The notes under the pieces: generated by a model
The model's input: only the letters and a program-made list of their open reading frames with translations
The model's database searches: none
What the model was told of the DNA's origin: nothing
Program-made: the position numbers and the translations under genes
Assembly (NCBI GenBank): GCA_965248925.1
Contig: CBDFLE010000006.1
Span: forward strand, 2,848,001 to 2,912,000
Source: Candidatus Multivoradales bacterium
GTDB taxonomy: Bacteria; Acidobacteriota; Thermoanaerobaculia; Multivoradales; J023
Direction: 5' to 3'
DNA length: 64,000 nucleotides
Shown: positions 58,080-64,000 of the stretch, piece by piece
How the letters are laid out: every line of letters begins with the position of its first letter
How positions within the stretch are numbered: the stretch's first letter is position 1

Positions 58080-60470
58080 ATGCGAGGCTACCGGGTTCTA
58101 TGTCTGCTGATCTTGGCGTTCTTGATGACGGTTCCAGTGTGGGCCCAGAGTGGCGAGATCGAAGGTGCCATCACCCGTGAAGATGGTTCCGGGATTGGTG
58201 GTGTAACGGTCGTGGTGTCCGAACTGGGCGCCGTGGAGATCACTAGCAAGAGTGGTACCTTCCGCTTCAGCGGGGTACCGTCGGGCACCTACACGTTGAG
58301 CTTCTCCCTCGGTGACCACGCCGATAGCGAAAGTGGAGTCGAGGTCGCCGCTGGTGATACCACCGCAGTGACCAAGAAGGTCGACTGGGATGTCAGCTTC
58401 GCCGAGACCATCACGGTCTACTCGGCCTCGCGGCGCCAGGAGCGCATTGTCGATGCGCCGGCCTCGATCAGCGTTTTCGATGAAGAGGACATCGAGCGGC
58501 AGGCGGCCACCGGCCAGATCGCCAAAGTGGTCGAGTTCGCGCCTGGGGTCGAGGTCAACCAGAGCGGCATCTTCGACATCAACCTGAACGCCCGTGGTTT
58601 CAACAGCTCGCTCAATCGTCGAGTGCAGACCATCGTCGATGGTCGCGAGCCGTCGGTGCCTTTCCTCGGCTCCACCGAGTGGGGTTTCTTGTCCAACCTG
58701 CAAGACATGGCGGTGGTCGAGTTGGTGCGTGGACCCTCTTCGGCGCTCTATGGCGCCAATGCTTTCAATGGGGTGCTCAACCTGATCACCAAGGCGCCAC
58801 GGGACCACCAGGGTGGTCGGATCGGTCTGACCGCGGGCGAGCTCAGCACCCTCAAGGCCGACTTCCTGTGGGCCGGCGAGCTGGGTAGCGATTGGTACGT
58901 CAAGGTCGGCGGTTCTTACAACGAAGGCAAGGACTTCTCTCGCTCGCGAGTTGGCGGTACCGAGTACGCGGGCTTGCCGACCGAGGTCGATAACCCCAAT
59001 CCCGACTACGACAGCACCCACCTCAACCTGCGGTTAGACAAGTACTTCGGCGCCAACTTGTTCACCATCGAAGGCGGCATCTACGACGCCTTCGGTAACA
59101 CGGTGGTCACCGGTATCGGCCGGGTCAACATTCAGGACGTCGAGCGCACTTGGGCGCGGGTGAACCTGTCGGGCGAGCACTACAACCTGCTGGCCTACTC
59201 CAACACCCGCGAAACCCCAGATCAGCACGCCCTGGCCTCGGGCGGACGGATTTTCCTCGATTCCGAGAACACCAAGGTCGAAGCTCAGACCAACTGGGAC
59301 TTCAACGACGGCAAGGTACGGCTGGTCGCGGGTGCTTCCTACAAGGAAGAGGAGATCGATACCGCCAATTCCGCGGGTTTCCAGACTTTGGTGTTCGCGC
59401 CGGTCAAAGAGGACTACACGGCCTTCTTTGCTCAGCTCGACTTCGACATCGGCGACAATCTCAAGCTGGTGCTCGCCGGTCGTTTTGACGACAGTTCGCT
59501 GCACGACTCTCAGGTGTCGCCCAAAGCGGCCTTGGTGTGGAGCATCAACCCGAAGAACACTCTGCGCTTCTCCTACAACGAGGCCTTCCAGGTGCCCAAC
59601 TACTCGGAGTTCTTCCTCGACGCACCGACCGCCATCCCCGGGGTTGGCTCGGCGTTGGATCTGTCGGGCATCGAAGCGGCGCTGTGTACTCCCTTCGGCA
59701 TCTCTTGCGGCTTTGGCTCCCCCACTCGGGTCAAGGCTCTCGGCAATGTCGATCTGGAAGTCGAAGAGGTCACTTCATTCGAACTTGGCTACAGCGCCAT
59801 TTTGGGCAATAAGGGCTATTTGACGATCGACTTCTACCAGAACGAGCTGGAGAACTTCATCACCGACCTGACCGCCAATGCCTTCGGTTCGATCAACCCG
59901 AGATTTGGCCCTTACACCCCACCCGCGGGTCACCCACTGCCGGATTTGCTCCGCGGGACGCTGGCCGGCGCCCTGGGCCCACTGATCGCCTTCCTGTCGA
60001 ACAACGTCGACGGCACGCCAATCTTCGCCTTGGCTTCCTACACCAACGCTGGCGCGGTCGACACCCAGGGAATCGACTTGGGTCTCAACTACTACATCAC
60101 TCCGCAGTGGCAGTTTGATTTCAGCTACTCCTGGTTCGACTTCGACATCAAAGAAGCAAGCGCCGGCTCGGACGTGCTGCTGCCCAACGCGGCCGAAAAT
60201 CGCTTCAGCTTAGGCTTCACCTACAGCGGTTCGCAGTGGGGCGGTTCAGCCAAATTCCGCTGGGTAGACGATTTCGACTGGGCCGCGGGTGCCTTTGCCG
60301 GGCCGGTGGAGTCCTACAGCGTGGTCAACCTCAGCGGCTACTACGACATCAACGAGAACATCACCGTCGGTGCCAACATCTCGAACGCCTTCGATGATGA
60401 GCACTACGAGTCCTTCGGTGGCGATCTGCTCAATCGTCGCGCCTTGGGCTACGTGACCTTCCGCTTCTAG
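58080..60470 (+). CDS. TonB-dependent receptor with an N-terminal carboxypeptidase-regulatory-like domain
   Basis: Signal peptide, 'G.FRFSGVPSGTYTL', TonB box-like ETITV, plug 'VELVRGPSSALYGANAFNGVLNLITK', and a barrel ending in Phe. Confidence 0.92.
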   Translation: MRGYRVLCLLILAFLMTVPVWAQSGEIEGAITREDGSGIGGVTVVVSELGAVEITSKSGTFRFSGVPSGTYTLSFSLGDHADSESGVEVAAGDTTAVTKKVDWDVSFAETITVYSASRRQERIVDAPASISVFDEEDIERQAATGQIAKVVEFAPGVEVNQSGIFDINLNARGFNSSLNRRVQTIVDGREPSVPFLGSTEWGFLSNLQDMAVVELVRGPSSALYGANAFNGVLNLITKAPRDHQGGRIGLTAGELSTLKADFLWAGELGSDWYVKVGGSYNEGKDFSRSRVGGTEYAGLPTEVDNPNPDYDSTHLNLRLDKYFGANLFTIEGGIYDAFGNTVVTGIGRVNIQDVERTWARVNLSGEHYNLLAYSNTRETPDQHALASGGRIFLDSENTKVEAQTNWDFNDGKVRLVAGASYKEEEIDTANSAGFQTLVFAPVKEDYTAFFAQLDFDIGDNLKLVLAGRFDDSSLHDSQVSPKAALVWSINPKNTLRFSYNEAFQVPNYSEFFLDAPTAIPGVGSALDLSGIEAALCTPFGISCGFGSPTRVKALGNVDLEVEEVTSFELGYSAILGNKGYLTIDFYQNELENFITDLTANAFGSINPRFGPYTPPAGHPLPDLLRGTLAGALGPLIAFLSNNVDGTPIFALASYTNAGAVDTQGIDLGLNYYITPQWQFDFSYSWFDFDIKEASAGSDVLLPNAAENRFSLGFTYSGSQWGGSAKFRWVDDFDWAAGAFAGPVESYSVVNLSGYYDINENITVGANISNAFDDEHYESFGGDLLNRRALGYVTFRF

Positions 60471-60503
60471 GGCAAGAGCCAAGAGCGCAGCCCCGAGTCG
60501 GGG

Positions 60504-60542
60504 CGCAAAGAGCCCAATCGGCTAGCGGTTGGGCTCTTTGCG
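60504..60542 (+). terminator. Strong stem-loop after the TonB-dependent receptor
   Basis: CGCAAAGAGCCCAA...TTGGGCTCTTTGCG, a 14-bp inverted repeat. Confidence 0.65.
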
Positions 60543-60715
60543 TGTGTATCGAGGTCGCAGGATCGGTGGTGGGGTGCGAATCAGGCAAGCCGGGTGCTAC
60601 AATCGTCGAAACTAAGATCTTCGCGAGTGCGTAGGGCGCCTCGGCAATCCCGCCATACCAGTTTGGTCGCCCCGCCAACGCGCTAAGCGATTTGTGTGTT
60701 GAAGGAGTCAGGACC

Positions 60716-61834
60716 ATGATTCGACAGATTTCACGGACATCCCTGTGGGTAGCCGTCTTGCTCTTACTGAGCACTCCGTTGCTAGCTGCCGCACCTGGGG
60801 GGCGTCTTTTCGAAGACGAAGGTGGCGCACCAGCGCTTTCCGAGCCGGTCTTGCCGAACAGCTTTAGCGGATTCGACACCACCACCTACACTGACGAGGC
60901 GACCTTCTTGGGCGCTGCTAACTGTACGGTGGTCAATCTGGAGAGCTTCGAGGGCGAACCCCCTACCAGCACCTCGGATCAGTCGTCGATCGCCCTGGCC
61001 GACTTCACTATCACCGAGATCGACTCGCCCAATATGGGTGTTTGGAACGTCCCGCAGTTTGGCGGCTCGGCCACCGATGGCACTCAGTGGGTAGGCTTCA
61101 GCTACTGCGACGATGGTTGCAATCCAGACATCAAGACCTTGAGCTTCTCCAGCCCGATCAACACCTTTGGCTTCAATATCTCTGACTACGGTGACTTCGG
61201 AAGCGGCAATTTAGAACTCGCCAACGATATTGGCGAAGTGTTCACTGCCGCCACTTCCGGCGGTCCTGACGGCAATCTGCTCTTCTTCGGCATGATCAAC
61301 AACGAGGCCACCTTCACCACCATCACCTTGAGCGCCACGATCAGTGGCGAGTTCTACGGCATCGACGAGGTCTATTACTGCTCGGCGCCGATGGATGCCG
61401 ACTTAGAGATCAGCAAGAGCGGCGTGGTAGCGGGCAACACGGTCACCTACACCGTGTCGGTGTTCAACAACGGTCCCAACGACGCCACCGGCGTCAGCGT
61501 CACCGACATGATTCCGGCCGAGTTGACTTACGTTAGCGACGATTGTGGGGGCATGAACACGCCACCGTGGACCTGGAACCTTGGCAACCTGGCTAACGGC
61601 GCTAGCGCCACCTGCGTCATCACCACCACGATCAACTCGGGAGTAGTCGGGCCGATCGTCAACACCGCCACGGTGAGTGGCGACCAGACCGACCCAGCGC
61701 CGGGCAACGAGTCCGACACCGCGACGGTGACTTCCGGCTCAGTGCTCGATATCCCGACTTTGGGAGGTCGCGGCCTGGCCGTCTTGCTATTAGTTCTGGC
61801 CGGGGCTGGGGCGCTACTGTTGCGCCGCCGCTGA
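60716..61834 (+). CDS. Surface protein with a DUF11 domain and an IPTL-CTERM sorting signal
   Basis: Signal peptide, DUF11-like 'ADLEISK..VTYTV.V.NNGP.DATGV.VTD..P', and C-terminal 'DIPTL' + TM + RRR. Confidence 0.82.
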   Translation: MIRQISRTSLWVAVLLLLSTPLLAAAPGGRLFEDEGGAPALSEPVLPNSFSGFDTTTYTDEATFLGAANCTVVNLESFEGEPPTSTSDQSSIALADFTITEIDSPNMGVWNVPQFGGSATDGTQWVGFSYCDDGCNPDIKTLSFSSPINTFGFNISDYGDFGSGNLELANDIGEVFTAATSGGPDGNLLFFGMINNEATFTTITLSATISGEFYGIDEVYYCSAPMDADLEISKSGVVAGNTVTYTVSVFNNGPNDATGVSVTDMIPAELTYVSDDCGGMNTPPWTWNLGNLANGASATCVITTTINSGVVGPIVNTATVSGDQTDPAPGNESDTATVTSGSVLDIPTLGGRGLAVLLLVLAGAGALLLRRR

Positions 61835-61856
61835 TCCCCTCCGTCAGCTGCTAACG

Positions 61857-61890
61857 AAGGCCCTTCGGACCCTGTGTCGGAGGGCCTTTT
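61857..61890 (+). terminator. Intrinsic terminator
   Basis: AAGGCCCTTCG...CGGAGGGCCTT followed by TT. Confidence 0.6.
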
Positions 61891-61920
61891 CGCATCGCCA
61901 GAAGTGGTGCTTCAGGCCGA

Positions 61921-61949
61921 TTGACAGCCCCTGCCCCCTCGCTTACACT
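61921..61949 (+). promoter_or_regulatory. Sigma70 promoter of the tRNA cluster
   Basis: TTGACA-N17-TACACT followed by a GC-rich discriminator, 18 nt before tRNA-Pro. Confidence 0.8.
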
Positions 61950-61967
61950 CTGCGCTCGCGTTTCCGA

Positions 61968-62044
61968 CGGGGCGTGGCGCAGTCTGGTAGCGCATCTGCT
62001 TTGGGAGCAGAGGGTCCCCAGTTCGAATCTGGGCGCCCCGACCA
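61968..62044 (+). tRNA. tRNA-Pro(TGG)
   Basis: 77-nt cloverleaf, anticodon arm TCTGC-TTTGGGA-GCAGA, GTTCGAATC T-loop, encoded CCA. Confidence 0.96.
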
Positions 62045-62102
62045 GGACTCCCTTCGGTGGAGCCCGAGGAAACGTGAAATGGCGAGGCTTTTGAAGACCC
62101 GG

Positions 62103-62179
62103 CTGCCTGTAGCTCAGTTGGATAGAGCGGCGGCCTTCTAAGCCGCGGGTCGGGGGTTCGAATCCCTCCAGGCAGGCCA
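62103..62179 (+). tRNA. tRNA-Arg(TCT)
   Basis: 77 nt, anticodon arm GCGGC-CTTCTAA-GCCGC, GTTCGAATC, CCA end. Confidence 0.96.
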
Positions 62180-62234
62180 ACCTCGACCCTCATGCGACAC
62201 GCTCAGGCGTGGCCACCTCGCCCGACAAGTCTTA

Positions 62235-62311
62235 GCGCCCGTAGCTCAGCTGGATAGAGCGACGGCCTCCGGAGCCGTAGGTCACAGGTTCGAATCCTGT
62301 CGGGCGCACCA
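62235..62311 (+). tRNA. tRNA-Arg(CCG)
   Basis: 77 nt, anticodon arm ACGGC-CTCCGGA-GCCGT, GTTCGAATC, CCA end. Confidence 0.96.
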
Positions 62312-62647
62312 CTCCTTCCACCTTTAGATTCAACAGTTTAAGACCGCTTTTGCCCCTCCGCCGAAGCGGATGGATAGGCCCTGTTTTGCCCGTTGTACCC
62401 ACCTGAAATGGGCCAAAGTGGGCACGAAGGGGCACTTCTGAAGGGGCGTACTAAGGTCACTTTTGGCCACTAAGTGCGCGTCTCCTCTGCCTTTGCTTGC
62501 CTGCTGGTGCCCTTGGAGGCCCTTCGGAGCCCTTCACTCCTTTCGAGCCCAGATCGGCTGCGCTAGAATTCAAGCGTACTCGTAGCAGCAGTTCGGTGAG
62601 TTGAATGCGCTCTTGACGCTTGCGAGGGTGTCGACACGGAGGGTTCT

Positions 62648-63304
62648 ATGCCTGTTTTGCCGATTAGCGATGGCCAAGGGTCTCTGGTGCGCAACCCTAT
62701 TTCGATTCTTCGCTCGGTGATGCGGGACCCAAACCCCGACATCAATCACACGCGGGTGGCAGCGCAGGAATTCGCGCTGTATGTGGCCGACACGATGCCA
62801 AAGGTCGAACTGCGTCTTGATGCGGGCTTGTTGGCCGGAATTCAGTCCGTAGAGCTGCCTGGCGATTCTCCGGCACCGCGGCCGGCTGCCACAGCCTCTC
62901 TGATCCTGTACTTCAATCTATGTTGCGCAAGACACCACCCCGAGCATATTGGGCTCGAGAAGCCGGGGTTTCTCCTGCCAAGCAGTCGCTCAACGGTAAG
63001 GCGGGCATGGAGGGAGTATTCCTCCGTAGCCCATCTCTGGTTTGCTACCGCCTTCAGGCCGCCGAAGCCGGACGAGGAGTTGCGGGCCTACCTCTGGGAG
63101 TTCTTGGGCTTGGCAGAGACGTTGCGTCGCCGCGCCGAGTCCATTTTCCCGCATGGTCAGACGAAGCCGTTGCTCGACCCTGAGCACAGCTGGAAGTGCC
63201 CAGAAGACTTCGACCTTCCAGAGGTCGAAATCGAGCTGCCGCCCCTGAGCTTCGAGATCCTGAAAAAGCTGATCGACGAGTACAAGTCTCACAAGACCGC
63301 CTAG
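62648..63304 (+). CDS. Hypothetical protein (island cargo)
   Basis: 218-aa ORF with GAGG upstream; no family recognised. Confidence 0.55.
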   Translation: MPVLPISDGQGSLVRNPISILRSVMRDPNPDINHTRVAAQEFALYVADTMPKVELRLDAGLLAGIQSVELPGDSPAPRPAATASLILYFNLCCARHHPEHIGLEKPGFLLPSSRSTVRRAWREYSSVAHLWFATAFRPPKPDEELRAYLWEFLGLAETLRRRAESIFPHGQTKPLLDPEHSWKCPEDFDLPEVEIELPPLSFEILKKLIDEYKSHKTA

Positions 63305-63407
63305 CAGAGATCCGTCCCAAGCGCCACCCGTCCAAAGCGTTTGGACGGGTCCATCTGCGTTGGACGGGTCCACAGCGTTTGGTGTTAGCGGCTGAGCAAG
63401 AACGTAT

Positions 63408-63749
63408 CTATTCGGTGTAATCCGAGCCGGTGTGCAGCCCCTGCTCGCGCCGAGCGGTGCTTTGGAGATACTTGAGATACCCCTCGATGTCTTCAAGGCC
63501 ATCGAGTTCTCGAATCACCGGCGCAAAGTAGGCGAGGGATCGGATCTTGGCTAGCTTGGGTGCCTCTGGAGATCGCTGGATTCGTCGACCGGCTGCGAGG
63601 AGAATGGCTGCTCTGATCTGATCGATGGAGACTTGCTGCTGGTAGAGATCAAGAGCGAGTACGCGGTCAGTGGGTCTTGCCTGAGCAGGGGTCTCCTGCT
63701 GCTCAAGGTAAGCTCTGAGAATCGCCTGGACGTAGTCGCACTTGCTCAT
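63408..63749 (-). CDS. Small hypothetical protein translationally coupled to istB
   Basis: ATG at 63749 overlaps the istB stop (ATGA). Contains '[19 protein letters not shown]'. Confidence 0.65.
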   Translation of the reverse strand: MSKCDYVQAILRAYLEQQETPAQARPTDRVLALDLYQQQVSIDQIRAAILLAAGRRIQRSPEAPKLAKIRSLAYFAPVIRELDGLEDIEGYLKYLQSTARREQGLHTGSDYTE

Positions 63750-64000
63750 GACACCTTCGCCTTTCGCCGCCGCGCGCGGTCTTGTGCTCGCCGTTTCTTT
63801 TCCTCTTCTGCTTCTTTGCGCCGATAGGAGTCGCCTTCGATGGTGACGATCTCGGCGTGATGTACGAGCCGATCGACAAGGGTGACCACGCAGGTGGCCG
63901 AGGCGAAGACGCTCTGCCACTCGGAGAAGGGTTTGTTGGTGGTCAGCAGAATAGATTTCTTCTGATACCTCCGGCTTACCACCTCGAAGAGGAGGTCGGC
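63746..64000 (-). CDS. istB: IS21 helper ATPase IstB, C-terminal part
   Basis: '[28 protein letters not shown]...[19 protein letters not shown]' is the IstB/DnaC-like signature. Confidence 0.88.
   Translation of the reverse strand, partial: ADLLFEVVSRRYQKKSILLTTNKPFSEWQSVFASATCVVTLVDRLVHHAEIVTIEGDSYRRKEAEEEKKRRAQDRARRRKAKVS

Larger units (their letters stand above)
62312..64000. mobile_element. Probable left end of a tRNA-integrated genomic island
   Basis: Core genes stop at the tRNA. It is followed by an IHF-like ATTCAACAGTTTA, GGGCAC repeats, an orphan ORF and an IS21-like element. No integrase is visible in the window. Confidence 0.55.
63383..64000 (-). mobile_element. IS21-family element, downstream end (truncated by the window)
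   Basis: Contains the istB C-terminus. The candidate terminal IR TGTTAGCGGC at 63383 resembles IS21-family TGT(C/T)AGCG ends. Confidence 0.65.

Noticed and set aside
61851-62435. Minus-strand ORFs over the tRNA cluster
   Set aside because: They are antisense translations of tRNA genes.

Overview
GC-rich bacterial chromosome window. Gene content and order suggest an Acidobacteriota genome, probably Thermoanaerobaculia-like; this is inference, not a database result. Most of it is core genome: ychF, tldD/tldE, acyl-CoA carboxylase beta subunit, rpiB-glyA, accD-folC, yebC-ruvC, rlmN-gatB-ftsEX, tatA, rpe-bamD-cpoB, truA-uppS-cdsA-rseP, glmU-glmS-pcrA, trkAH and three tRNAs. Six things stand out. 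(1) A HUH/Y1 (RAYT-like) transposase sits between cdsA and rseP, where dxr is usually found. It is bracketed by two inverted pairs of the 10-mer CGGGTGGCAC and preceded by a nested 79-bp/12-bp repeat array. (2) A tandem 43-nt hairpin RNA motif lies in the leader of an exbB-exbD-exbD-tonB-DUF4388-TPR cluster, which is followed by an Omp85-like gene. (3) A consensus sigma54 promoter drives a ~200-nt structured leader in front of a lytic transglycosylase. (4) Several Myxococcus-type polarity/motility genes are present: mglBA, an MXAN_5187-like protein, a TsaP-like LysM protein and a pseudo-receiver Ser/Thr kinase. (5) A probable genomic island begins at tRNA-Arg(CCG). (6) An IS21-family element with a passenger gene is inserted into a short repeat cluster at the right edge. 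Start codons were re-chosen by eye where the ORF track looked over-extended.
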